From Owenia fusiformis (lineage: Eukaryota), in the NCBI GenBank assembly GCA_903813345.2, contig CAIIXF020000001.1, forward strand, positions 682,001-746,000: 64,000 bases of DNA, written 5' to 3'. The translations under genes were made by a program, and so were the position numbers. Within the stretch, counting starts at the first letter, position 1. The number at the start of each line of letters is the position of its first letter. Positions 13,582 through 27,118 of this stretch are shown here, piece after piece. The notes under the pieces were generated by a model. That model worked only from the letters and a program-made list of their open reading frames with translations. It ran no database searches and was not told where the DNA came from.

Positions 13582-15296
13582 TTGATAGCCAAACGTATAG
13601 AGAAGAGTGTAACATTAAATGTTTTTACCAAACTTATAGAGAGGAGTGTAACATTAAATGTTATTGCCAAACTTATAGAGAGGAGTGTAACATTAAAAGT
13701 TATTACCAAACTTATAGCGAGGAGTGTAACATTAAATGTTATTACCAAACTTATAGAGAGGAGTGGAACATTTAATGTTATTGCCATACTTATAGTGAGG
13801 AGTGTAACATTAAATGTTATTACCAAACTTATAGAGAGGAGTGTAACATTTAATGTTATTGCCAAACTTATAGAGAGGAGTGTAACATTAAATGTTATTA
13901 CCAAACTTATAGCGAGGAGTGTAACATTAAATGTTATTACCAAACTTATAGAGAGGAGTGTAACATTTAATGTTATTGCCAAACTTATAGAGAGGAGTGT
14001 AACATAAAATGTTATTACCAAATTTATAGAGAGAAGTGTAACATTAAATGATATCACTTAACTTATAGAGAGGAGTGTAACATTGAATGTTATTACCAAA
14101 CTTATAGCGAGGAGTGTGACATTGAATGTTATTACCAAACTTATAGAGAGGAGTGTAACATTAAATGTTATTACTAAACTTATAGAGAGGAGTGTAACAT
14201 TGAATGTTATTACCAAACTTATAGAGAGGAGTGTAACATTTAATGTTATTGCCAACTTATAGAGAGGAGTGTAACATTGAATGTTATTACCAAACTTATA
14301 AAGAGGAGTGTAACATTAAATGTTATTACTAAACTTATAGAGAGGAGTGTAACATTGAATGTTATTACCAAACTTATAGAGAGGAGTGTAACATTAAATG
14401 TTATTACTAAACTTATAGAGAGGAGTGTAACATTAAATGTTATTACCAAACTTATAGAGAGGAGTGTAACATTTGTTATTGCCAAACGTATAGAGAAGAG
14501 TGTAACATTTAATGTTATAACCAAACTTATAGAGAGGAGTGTAACATTTAATGTTATTGCCAAACTTATAGAGAGGAGTGTAACATGAAATGTTATTGCC
14601 AAACTTATAAAGAGGAGTGTAACATTTAATGTTATTGCCAAACTTATAGAGAGGAGTGTAACATTAAATGGTATTGCCAAACTTATAGCGAGGAGTGTAA
14701 CATTAAATGTTATTACCAAACTTATAGAGAGGAGTGTAACATTGAATGTTGTTGCCAAACTTATAGAGAGGAGTGTAACATTTAATGTTATTACCAAACT
14801 TATAGAGAGGAGTGTAACATTAAATGTTATTGCCAAACTTATAGTAAAGAGTGTAACATTGAATGTTATTGTCAACTTATAGAGAGGAGTGTAACATTGA
14901 ATGTTATTGCCAAACTTATAGAGAGGAATGTAACATTAAATGTTATTAACAAACTTATAGAGAGGAGTGTAACATTGAATTTTATTGCCAAACTTATAGA
15001 GAAGAGTGTAACATTAAATGTTATCACCAAACTTATAGAGAGGAGTGTAACATTTAATGGTATTGCCAAACTTATAGAGAGAAGTGTAACATTAAATGTT
15101 ATTGCCAAACTTATAGAGAGGAGTGTAACATTGGATGTTATTGCCAAACTTATAGAGAGAAGAGTGTAACATTGAATGTTATTGCCAAACTTATAAAGAG
15201 AAGAGTGTAACATTAAATGTTATTACCAAACTTATAGAGAGGAATGTAACATTAAATGTTATTACCAAACTTATAGAGAGGAGTGTAACATTAAAT
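13582..15296. repeat. Minisatellite, 39-bp unit, roughly 44 copies
   Basis: Consensus AAATGTTATT(A/G)CCAAACTTATAGAGAGGAGTGTAACATT. Each unit junction carries the dyad TAACATT-N-AATGTTA. Confidence 0.98.
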
Positions 15297-18200
15297 ATTT
15301 TGTAGAAAATATTTTGCAAAGTGTGAAACGAATTTAAGCCCAAGACTCAATGCATTGTAGCTGCTTCATTCCACTCAGGCATTGCTTCCTAAACCTTGCA
15401 CTCACGTTGCGCAGACAGATCATGCAACGGTTCGGAAACCACACCTTCATGGTATGATTCAGCAAACAATGCACTGAGTCCAAGGCTTAAATCCTTAATT
15501 GGCTAAGCTATTGGCAGCTGATTCTTGATGACAGTGATTATTCTTTAGTCAAAAGATATGCACATATGAATGGATTGCAATACATCACAATACCATGTAA
15601 TTATTAGCATTTGTGGAACACCTGATCACAGAATATGCCATTCACAAGGATATACTGGGGACGTGTACATCAATATCATAGTTGGGTGACCAGTTTAAAG
15701 TGTAATCAAATCGTTCAACTGGTATAGGTTTTGTAATGAATGTTTAGGACATATTAAAATTCTATATCTTGAAAGATTTGACATTCGAAGTCCTTTGGGA
15801 AATTAAATGTTACAAGCATTCAGAAATCACTTACCAACAGTAAAATATCGTTTACTATAGCCAACCAGGGAGTGCTGAATTATTAATTAATTGTTTAAGC
15901 TTCCATCAATGTATTATATAAGTCCAAGTTAGATCCTATTATTTCATTAGGTAGGGTATCTGAGGATCTAACATTGAATTACATACTTGATTACATTGTG
16001 ATTGATTGATCAATGTGCAGATGAACTTTAAATCAAGATGCTGTCTATCAGAGGTCAGATGTTTATGGAGAAGGTGAGGTGATATAAAAGAACGAGGGCA
16101 AGATATGATAGCTAGGCAGTGTACTTTGCGAAGAGCATGTTTCTGAGGCAACATGTTTTATTGCGCGATTATAAAATCGGAATTGAATTTTTGTCAAGAG
16201 CATGTTTTGATAAATAGCCTAACAGGATGAATGCGAATTGCGTCACATGATAGCTCTTGAACAAGATCGAAGTCACTTAATAGAATGTCTTAAAGTAATT
16301 CCTTTGTACTATTCATGCGCTACTAGCGGGCAAGAATGCAAAAGAGGAATGCGATATTAGCATTCGGGCTATGTGGGGATAATTTAAGCCAATTTAAATA
16401 GACATGGAAATAAAGAAATATAAGGTATAATGAAATAAAATGTGTTTGCTTTGAGCAGAAATAAATTCCTTGAAAAGATATTCATCTAATGACACACTAT
16501 ATTGGTCCTCAGTACTTTATACAGCAGTTGTTGCCTCAATATTTACAAGGTTGTCATGGTAATGGAAAGACGGGAATCCAAAGTGTTTTATCTTACACGG
16601 AAAAGTCATTGAGATTTCAAATTTTTCTCAAATATGGCTCAAGTAAGAGATCAAAGTTTTGTTTTCCTTTCCGTATGATAACAGGTTTTCAAATTAATTT
16701 AATCAAAACAGAGAAAGATTTGTTTTAAAAACATTATTTTCCTGCTACTGCAAGCAGTACATTTACAATAAGTTTATATTATTTTTATTATAATATTAAA
16801 CATATTAACTTTATTTTTTGCACAGCCCTCGTGAGTTAATCTATTTTGTGTCAAACGAGGATAAATGGCCCTAAGAAGGATAAAGATGACTATTATCAAC
16901 TTGTTTTTGCCATTGAGATAATCAATAAAAACCTCAAATATCCTGATTCTCTAAATTTAAGACAAGCAGCGAATAATGTGTTTCATTACAATCTGTAATT
17001 GCTCTCAAGAGGACAAAACAGTCGCCTTTTAGTTGCTTACAAATGTTTGCTTCGAAAGGATTACAAAGATAAAAACGCTCATTAATTTTCCTCCAGGGCA
17101 GATTGCCCTAAAATGTCGAAATGGTTCTAAACGAAGGTGAGTTTGGTTTGACAGAAAAATTATGGCTTGTCCAAGGTGAGTTACTTCAACCAACGATACT
17201 ATCTGCATGTTTTTTATAGAATCTGGTATGTACTTGAGTATAATTGCTCTGACTGCGTTCATTTTCATTCATGTTAATTCTCCCTTTGGCACTTGTGTTT
17301 ACATCTTAATAACATTTTCATTTTGCTTTGGGAACATTTCCTATTTAATGGCTTCTATCAATGGGATAGTTACGTCATAACATTCAAAAATAATTGCCTT
17401 CCGGGGTTCGTTGCAGACAAATGCTATGATGTATTGGTTAAAATGCAGACCTAAATGAAATTGAAGTGGGATATTCTCCGCAACAGGCTTCCAGTCTTGT
17501 CAAAACACATTAAAAACATCGTTGTATTTACTATCCTTATTCTTCCCACGACGGTTTGTATATTTTCCCTTCGCAAAGTACGAATGGTCCACAAATATAT
17601 TCATTAATTACATTCAGTAGTTGTAAACATTCGTTAATCTCAATCTTTTAAAATTAATCTTAAATGGCAACCATTTTAATAACGTTATTCCCACTCATTC
17701 TTTTTTAATTGAGTTTACTATTACTGGAATTGTGTTCTCCATTTGACATGTAAAAATAAAATGATTATTGACTAAATATAGTAATTCCCAAATTGTATTT
17801 CAGGTCAAGTGGGCCCACGATTGTATTCCTTTTGCGTTATCAAGTATTATTTTAGTAACTCTTTATTCTTAATTTTGAACAATCAACGTGGTATCTTGTT
17901 TTTATCTTCCAGAATTTGTTCCACTTCAACTTCCTCAGGCAGTTAAATAACATGTGTTCAACATGACAGGTCAACTCCGTAGTTGTCTAGAAAGGCTTTG
18001 GTTGATTTGTTAACCCAGTACCTGTTGAAAGGACCGTGAAAACCTTACTTTTATGGAAGATGCTATTTCATTTGATCGAAATCGTCTCCTAAGCGCTATA
18101 ACATTTGTTAAAAAGAATAATTAATAGAAAGCTGTAAAATTAAGTTCTTACCTCGCTCTTGTTCAATAGTGTATCTTCTTAGATTATTTTCCCATTTCTT

Positions 18201-18363
18201 TATCTGATTTGTTTTGCTAAAATATCTGAATTCACTTGGAATTTTACTATGTGCTTATAAACGTAGCTTGTGCGAAAAAATAATCCCCGTCAATCAATTT
18301 TATTCGTCACGCCTTAAAGTTCTAACTATAAATAAAAGCGATAATTAGCTTTATAATCGTTTC

Positions 18364-18860
18364 TGTTATATTTTCATTTATTTTATATTCTCATGCTTAG
18401 TGATCCAATCCACATTGCATGAAACATGATAATTTGACGTTCCCGGACTGATCTCTCCAAAACAATGGCAATTCACTCCTCCGATCGATCAGGGTAAAAC
18501 ATGCACGTAAAGCTTTTGGGTTAATGCAATTATATCGATGTAGAATGATGACGATTTCTGATAATGCTCCGAATATAATACAATGAAGGGTTACAACCCA
18601 GTTTAGATGTTGATGTATCCTTGAACATTGCCAATGGATTTTTTAGTAGAGTATCGGACTTGAGATGCATACAAAATTATGTTTTGCATTGATACTCGCT
18701 GTTTTAGTAGATCGATCAGATCATACTTGGGGTAATACACAGTGGAGCATCCTTTACGTAAAAAGGTGATTGTTTTGAAATAATGGACATCCTGTGAAAA
18801 GTGGTATGTATCAAATATTTATCGATGTCCACTCCTATACAAATTGCAATAGAAATGATG
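18364..18860 (+). repeat. Diverged duplicated segment, copy B (paralogous to about 8330-8820)
   Basis: Colinear match to copy A, strongest over the first 260 bp or so. Confidence 0.9.
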
Positions 18861-20608
18861 AATATCATTTATATACCATATTCTTTCTATATCCAGGGGC
18901 GGATCTGAAAGCTAACAAGGGGAGGGGCAATTCATTTTATTGAGCAATTCACATCCCATTGATTCTCAAAATGCGTCACCTCTAAGGTCAATCTAACAGA
19001 GTTTTCCCGATATACAAACTACTTTCCAAGACTTGGAACTCTCCCTTAGAAGTTTTGGAACAAACTCTCAAATCTTGATTCAGTTCATATATTAAAGTGT
19101 CTCCCCATCTTAATAACCTTTACATGAAAAACGCGACGATCACAAAACTATGCAAATCATTCTAAAAATCATTTTAGAGGTATGATAGTCTTCATTCATG
19201 ACCATTTTGATAAGTATGTTGACCATTCATCAATCGATATATCAGAACATCGTTAAGGTAGAATACAAGGGCAAGATATTGAAAACACATATCATAAAAT
19301 AACCCCGAAAGACTTAATATATCTTTTGAAAAAATGAACCTTGATGAATGTGTTCTCAACAATAGTACAATAATCCCTTCAGTGGGTATACAGTAGGCAT
19401 TCAACCTAGAGGGTTTATCAAAACACCATTAGGTGGGACACAAGGGCAACATACTGAAACTAACTGAAACTACGAATCATAAAATATCAAAACCATGAAC
19501 AATAGCACTATGATCACCATTATTATGTATACTGTATCTTTAACCTTGGTATCCAATCTAGAGAATATGTCAAAACATCATTAAAGCTAAGGTAGAGCAC
19601 AAAAAACAACAGTTGAAAAGACAAAACCTATATTCGAGCGAAATCTAATTGCGACTTTCCATTGCAATAAAATTTATTAGGCATTATCAAAGAAATTAAA
19701 AGAGATGATAGACTACGAAATGGTCTTAATTTATTTTATATAAATGCTTAACAAGCAGCATTCATCCAAACAAATGACTAGCCAAAACATATTTCCGATT
19801 ATCAGGCTCATTGCTTACATCACATGTTCTAATAGTGTACCCCAATAACAGATTTTGACAAACATATTTTAAGTTACCTATGGTTTAATTGCTTTATTGC
19901 AAATGACACGTGTTTTCTTGTTACCATTGAAAATTGAATACATGTCTGTTTAGAGGGTTGAACATCCTGCTCAGAATTATCTATGGATACCCGGTTTAAA
20001 AGAAATTATGTTCCCCTGGGAATTATGGTCCCCTTTTTGACTATAGTGGGAACTTCAATATGGCCTCCTTTTTTAAACTAAAATGTTTGCTATACTTTCA
20101 TATTGTGTATTTTCCACACTTAGGACCCTCTCTTATTTCATGTTTGAATTATGTAATAGTGTTAATTCTAAACAATAAAGGTAAAATCAGAGAGGGTCTG
20201 GTTTGTGGAAGTACCTCATTCTGTAAATGAATGGAGAAGGTCATTCACTGTTTACAACAAAAACACAATAGGGTGTCTTTCAATACAATAGGATTACTAA
20301 CTATTTATGCATGACTGGCAAATGAAGTGACGCTTAGTAGATTAGGACACATTGCAGTTCATATATTGACAAGTCAAATTAAGTCTATCTACAAAACTCA
20401 AGATTTTGATCAAGGTTTTGTGAAAATATGTCAAAATTACTCACTGTAAGAGTTCACATGATGTTATGTATTATACTTAGTGAAGATTCAAATTGCATAA
20501 AATAATTCTGGAATTCCATTTTACCCTTTCAATAATTTTCTTATAGATAAGTTCTTAGAGGTACATTAATGGGTGCGGATCCTTTTCACTATCTAAAAAT
20601 TAATATTA

Positions 20609-21614
20609 CCCCCCTATCACACCAAACTAGTTCTTACCCGTTCTTGCCAGTCCTACGAAAATGTCGTAAAACGGGCTCAATCTGGCTGCGGTCGGGATAT
20701 ATGTCTAAAATACTTAGCTACTTCGTTCATAAACAGTCTTCAATACGTCCATCTCATTCGCAGTTCGTTCAGGTCGCACCACGTCGGTGTGCAACGTAGT
20801 ATAAACCGTCCCTTAGTCTAGAAGGTCATCATGACCTGATTACAGAACGGTATGGTCGCCATCGAATTTTGAATCTATTCAAAATTCTAAATCACATACC
20901 CCGTCCGGGAAAGTCCATGAAGTTCGTAAACAGACCGTAGAACGTTGTAGCTACGTTCATTGAGTTCGCACACAGTTTAAAACCGATTCGGCAACGTTTT
21001 GACGATCACCAGAAAATTTTGAGCATGCTCTAAGTGCTGGAGGACCTACTCGTTCTAGTAGTTTCATGAAGTTTGTAAACAGATCCCAAACGGATTTGAC
21101 GTACTAAGAACCAACTAAGAACCGTTTGGGATCAGTTTACAAACTTCATGAAACTACTAGAACGAGTAGGTCCTCCACAACTCAGAGCATGCTCAAAATT
21201 TTCTGGTGATCGTCAAAACGTTGCCGAATCGGTTTTAAACTGTGTGCGAACTGAATGAACGTAGCTACAACGTTCTACGGTCTGTTTACGAACTTCATGG
21301 ACTCTCCCGGACGGGGAATGTGATTTAGAATTTTGAATCGATTCAAAATTCGATGGCGACCATGCCGTTCTGTTATCAGGTCATGATGACCTTCTAGACT
21401 AAGGGACGGTTTACACTACGTTAAACTCCGACTTGGTGCGGCCTGAACGAACTGCGAATGAGATGGACGTATTGAAGACTGTTTATGAACGAAGTAGCTA
21501 ATTATTTTAGACATATATCCCGACCGCAGCCAGACTGAGCCCGTTTTACGACATTTTCGTAGGACTGGCTAGAACGGGTAAGAACTAGTTTGGTGTGATA
21601 GGGGGGGGGGGGGG
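20609..21614. mobile_element. Foldback (palindromic) non-autonomous DNA transposon, PIF/Harbinger-like MITE with TTA TSD
   Basis: Arms 20609-21093 and 21122-21614 are near-perfect reverse complements around a 28-nt spacer. Termini are CCCCCCTATCACACCAAACTAG / CTAGTTTGGTGTGATAG(n). TTA flanks both sides (20606-20608, 21615-21617). The superfamily is inferred from the 3-bp TTA TSD. Confidence 0.85.
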
Positions 21615-24324
21615 TTAGATAGTAAAATTCAGGCTTCAATGAAAATATGAGATTTCTTAAACGGCGGATTTAGAAAATTCTTACTTAAACCTTGATAAAC
21701 ATTATTACATATAAAGGAAGGGGATGAATCAGTGCCTGACGTCTTTCTGAGACGAGGTGTAAAGTATTGACAAAAGACATAATATTTAGAGTGTTAGAGT
21801 GAATACTTCAACTGATAAACCTTCACCATATTCATCATAGACTACTTACATCAATCTGTTTACTGTGATTGGATTTTACCATTCTCAAACTTTATGGCAC
21901 TTTTGTTCTTTCATTTTATGTCAGTAGCCCATCTAGAATAGAGTATCTTGTTTCCAATGAACATTTGTATCCATGTCACGGTTAAATACATAGTTGCTTG
22001 GTTCGTAAAATACTACTTATGCCATGTTGATCGATGCAAAAAGAGAGCATTCATAGCTGATTGAATAAAACTCAAAGCATCAGTCAAGACTTACGCGGAT
22101 CGTTAACTGGATTAGCGGATGGTATTGTGACATCAAAATGTGTTTTGTAGATATTAATTCAATAACTTGTGCTTTATTACGGTTTTCGGAATCCAGATAT
22201 CTGCTAATCTAGTAATACTCAACAGGAAAATTAGGAATAAACGGTATTCTTTGTGATGTATAAAGTAAGGGATAAAAAATTGGAATGATGGCTATATATA
22301 GACTTATAATTAATATCACGAGAATTCTGATCTTGATGTCCTTACTTGGTACAATGTACCATATTTTCATATTTCATACTTCTTATTACTATGACTGTGT
22401 ACGTAAAAAATCATTGTTTGGTATGTTGAGGTCTGTTTGTTGCCTTACAACAGTTGAAGTCTTAATTTTTACTTCCTAACTTTCAACACTTCTGCCTTTC
22501 TCTGTTGGCAGATATCCTATGCCATCACCCTTAACAGTAATAAATATGAAAAATTATGAAATAAAGAACTGAGACTAGATCCAAGCCTACTACACATGTA
22601 CTACAGTAGCACGTATTTTCATTTTTTTTCAGGAGTGTGAACCATATCTTTTATGTGCCTTGATTTTTGCAAAGGGAAAAGTTGAATTCTCAGCGCGTTT
22701 GGTAGGTATTATGGTAATTTAAACCAATGCAGTATAATCAGACGGTAAAGCTTAAATGTAAAACATTTTATCAAACCATAATTCTGTCTGAGACCCGTTT
22801 TTATTAAAGCTACGTGTAATTATTATCTAACGGTTGGATTGTAACCCATAAGGTGTCGTCCAAACAGTGTGACCTCAACATATATTCTTTCAAACAAGCT
22901 ATGGCGTTCATACTCGCCTGGCATTAAATTCAGGCAACTAGGATTTTCAGAAAAGATTGTCGAAATGTCATTCTTTCTTTTAGCTTTCATCATGACCATT
23001 TTCTAGAAAGTCCAACAGTTCTGATTATTATTTCAAATAGCTTTAGGCTATGGTTGTCCCCTTTTCAAATAGATTGGACATTTTCCATCTGAAATCTTCA
23101 GTATAACATCAATTACTTTTGGTCAGATATCTTAATTCTTTTTTGCAATGAGGAAATCTGGATTTTATGGAGCATTGGGATGATTATTGAAAAAACTGCT
23201 TTGGCTCTTTATCAAGTAAACAAGTTAAGCCACAGTGAAGATTGATATAAAGTCATAGTCCCAAAAATAATCTTGGCCAATATAATATCAGTCATATCTT
23301 CAAATGTCGATTCGCCCGTGTGGCTCCATTTACCGACTTTATCACCGGGATAATTCAGTAGCTCTAACAACATTCTAGAATAGCTTGCTATGGCCTTATC
23401 ATTTGAACAGAATTTAGACATAATGCTAGTATTGATTTGTCATTGCTATTTGGCTATTGGTTATTTTTTTCATAAATGCAAAAATGCTGCTTCATGTAAT
23501 TGATTTTTATTGGTGGCTTTGATGTTTCATATATTTCAATTCAAATTGTAAGCGTGTATCTTTTTAATGTTTCCCGTGTGGTTATTTAATTAATAACTCT
23601 ATAAGAGTATCTTGGCTCGACATAAATCAGTGGTTGGAATTCCCTAGATGTTACAACTTAATAGATATAATGCATCCTCTTCATCGTTTCCAATTAAGTC
23701 TTGCCTGAAACCCGTTTTAGTATTATTTTCTGCTTGCAGCCCTTTTCGTTCGTCTTGGACGCGCACTTACTTATTTATTCCGCGTTCGTTCAACGTTTTA
23801 CCGGTGTATAGCATCATTTAGGGTTTTATTTTAAGTTCGTGAAAATAAAATGTAAAGAGACTAGGAAATTTATATATATATATATGACACATATCCATTA
23901 ACAATGCTTGTATATCACCCTATTGGAATTTTGAATAACATCCTTTTTCTAGTTTACTCAGCGAATATCCCAGATTCATTGATTTGTGTACTCAGGATGC
24001 CTTAAATGCCCATATCCATTAACACATCGTACAAGTAGTGCAATCTTTGTGGCTACGAATGTTTACAAATAAGAGGATAACCATGAGTGTTAACAGTCTC
24101 TCTCGGTTGAAATGGCAGCAATTCTGCAAAATACGACAACAGTGATGTCTACAATTAATGATGAGCACTGGCTCTTCTTTGTACTGTAAAGTCATAATAA
24201 GAACTATTTGATGATACATATGATGATACATTTGACATCTTATAATCAATATGTACAGAGTTTCAAATTAACTTTCACCGATGCTTTCATGTTGGTTTAT
24301 TATTATATTATTTTAAAATCAATC

Positions 24325-24406
24325 GCAGCGGGGGAGAATACCAGCAGCGGGGGAGAATACCAGCAGTGGGGGAGAATACCAGCAGCGGGGGAGAATACCA
24401 GCAGCG
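24325..24406. repeat. Short tandem repeat, 19-bp unit x4
   Basis: GCAGCGGGGGAGAATACCA repeated four times. Confidence 0.9.
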
Positions 24407-24802
24407 TCGTGAACCCGATCGCAATCATACTAGTTATAACCTGTTAGTCCATAAAGAAACAAATCAAGAAGGACCAAAGAAGTTGCATCGGCGTAGCCAG
24501 AGGGGCACCCCTTCCCCGATAACCAAATAGAACCATAGGATGGAAATGAACAGAGCTTTTAAATGCTTTTTATTTGAAACTTCTAGCTCAATGTACGTTG
24601 AATGAAGTTGAATCAACGTTTGTAAAAATTCAAAACAAAGCTTTAAAAAGAATTTCAGCTCGCTTATGCCAAGATCGCACCCCCTGACTGAAAACCGAAT
24701 TTTTTTGCGATCTCCTGAGTGAAAGCTAAATACACCCCGGAGTTGTCATATTAAAAGTAAGTATGATATGAAACATTAAAAATACATATTTAATACGATC
24801 AA

Positions 24803-25505
24803 CAAGTGAGACAACCGAGACTACGTCAACTGGAACAATGGCCCACCAGATCCAAATGTAAGTGAGACAGTCGACTCTATGACAACTGAAGCAATGACCC
24901 ACCAAGCCCAAACGTAAGTGAAACAATCGAGCCTATGACAACTGAAGGAATGGCCAACCAAGTCCAAACGTAAGTGAGACAATCGAGACTACGACAACTG
25001 AAGCAATGGCCCACCAAGTCCAAACGTAAGTGAGACAGTCGAGTCTACGACAACTGAAGCAATGGCCCACCAAGTCCAAACGTAAGTGAGACAATCGAGA
25101 CTACGACAACTGAAGCAATGGCCCACCAAGTCCAAACGTAAGTGAGACAGTCGAGTCTACGACAACTGAAGCAATGGCCCACCAAGTCCAAACGTAAGTG
25201 AGACAATCGAGTCTACGACAACTGAAGCAATGGCCCACCAAGTCCAAACGTAAGTGAGACAGTCGAGTCTACGACAACTGGAGCAATGGCCCACCAAGTC
25301 CAAACGTAAGTGAGACAGTCGAGTCTACGACAACTGGAGCAATGGCCCACCAAGTCCAAACGTAAGTGAGACAGTCGAGTCTACGACAACTGGAGCAATG
25401 GCCCACCAAGTCCAAACGTAAGTGAGACAGTCGAGTCTACGACAACTGGAGCAATGGCCCACCAAGTCCAAAGGTAAGTGAGACAGTCGAGCCTATGACA
25501 ACTAA
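24803..25505. repeat. Tandem repeat, 56-bp unit, about 12 copies
   Basis: Consensus AACGTAAGTGAGACAGTCGAGTCTACGACAACTG(A/G)AGCAATGGCCCACCAAGTCCA; period 56 (24961 to 25017). Confidence 0.97.
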
Positions 25506-27118
25506 AGTAAGATACCAACTTAAATATATGATAGATAAAGTATTCTTTGAAAAGCATGAAATACTATGTAAAATAATGTCTCTCCACGAAATATTGTTCA
25601 GCACTAACATAACAAACTTAACAACCACTGGAGACGTACATTAATGAGGCATGTTTGAACCTTCTTAGGCATAATACTATTACGTACTTTGCGGCGCGAT
25701 ACTTCTTTGAACTCGATGAGACTCCATGCGAGACACGCGGATTTCCTCAAAAGCATTTTGTTGGATTAGGAATTCCTGTCGTTGGACAGACCTAATAGTG
25801 TCATGGGGCATGGACTAGAATTATTCAAAGTAGCTGCTCTGAAGCCATATATGGTATCATTGTAACATATTTCCCCGTCACACTCTCATCTTCGAGAAGG
25901 CTATTACGCTTTCTTGCCAAAATAGTTTCTCCCTGAAAAAACAAAAAAAACTTGTGCCATAGTAATATTATTGGTTGTCGGAAAGCTGGACCAGTATTTT
26001 TTCATAAACAGCATCACATCCCATGATAAAAACAAGTGGTATAGCCGGAAGTTTACGACGTGAATTTGGAGCCAAATTTGTAGGTACTCATCTATATCGA
26101 CGTTTTGACAGAATGTGAGCCCTCCCTCCCCATAGAAACATCGACCCTGCCACGCAGAGATGCCACTAGATTCAGCCACTGGCCACTAGGTCCAATGTGA
26201 AACGTGATGTTTTGCACGGCAACATGACTATTTTAGAAACAAAGATATTTATTGTTTCACCAGCCCAAGTCACACGTCGCAGGTGTCTCAGGAGGTGTCT
26301 TGATTTTACAGTTGTCCAATGTCTAGCGAAGGTTATTTGATTAGAGATGGGAAAACTGTTTTGTTCTGCAAAACGTTTGAAAATTGAAATAACACCTGTC
26401 AATGTTTTAATGAGTCAGGTTACCATGGTCATGATACCCATGTTGCCTGTTGTCTCTGATTACATCGACATTGATTACAATGTCATGCATGCGCTTCTTC
26501 CATATCGAATTGGTGTATTTTGTTTCTACCATCGTATTTTGTTTATACCATCGTATATTGTACGTAGAAAACACAATTACAAAAAACAGATGAATTATTC
26601 CAAAACTCAATAATATCGGGAAACACTATAATTCTACTATTACAGTTACAACAAGACATCATTCTGATATGCATTAATTATTTTGTGTGTGATTTCATTA
26701 ATATTATGTTATGTGGTTTTTATTGGTTTTGGGAAGTAAAAATGAATACTTTCGAAATGCTCCAAGTCGTTCCTAATCGACACTATTTTGATAGATTTTA
26801 TGAATGTATATTGTCTAATCATATTAGAGATCAGATGATGAATGTGCATGAAACAGCATTAAATACCAGATGTTTTGTCTTCATTTAGAACAGATGAATG
26901 GTATGCACTTGACTAATTGGTGTATACAGGATGAGCTTACAATATGAGGCGAACAGTTGAAACTAGATGTACTCTTGGAACTGGATCATGCGTTCAATTC
27001 TGAAGAGAAGAGTATGAGCCAGCTACAAATTGCAATAAATCGCCAAATAGATCACATGAATAGATTTGGTGCAATTAAGAACTAAATGATTTATTTCTGC
27101 GTCAGAGCTTCTAAAATA

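Noticed and set aside
13545..15213. Hydrophobic repeat ORFs (ITFNVTLLSISLV)n as a membrane protein
   Set aside because: This is a translation of a 39-bp satellite, broken by 1-bp indels and lacking supporting splice or start signals.
26150..26320. Possible decayed C-type lectin exon on the minus strand (TCDLGW*NNKYLCF*)
   Set aside because: Only a faint N-terminal resemblance, with multiple stops and no WIGL or WND motifs.
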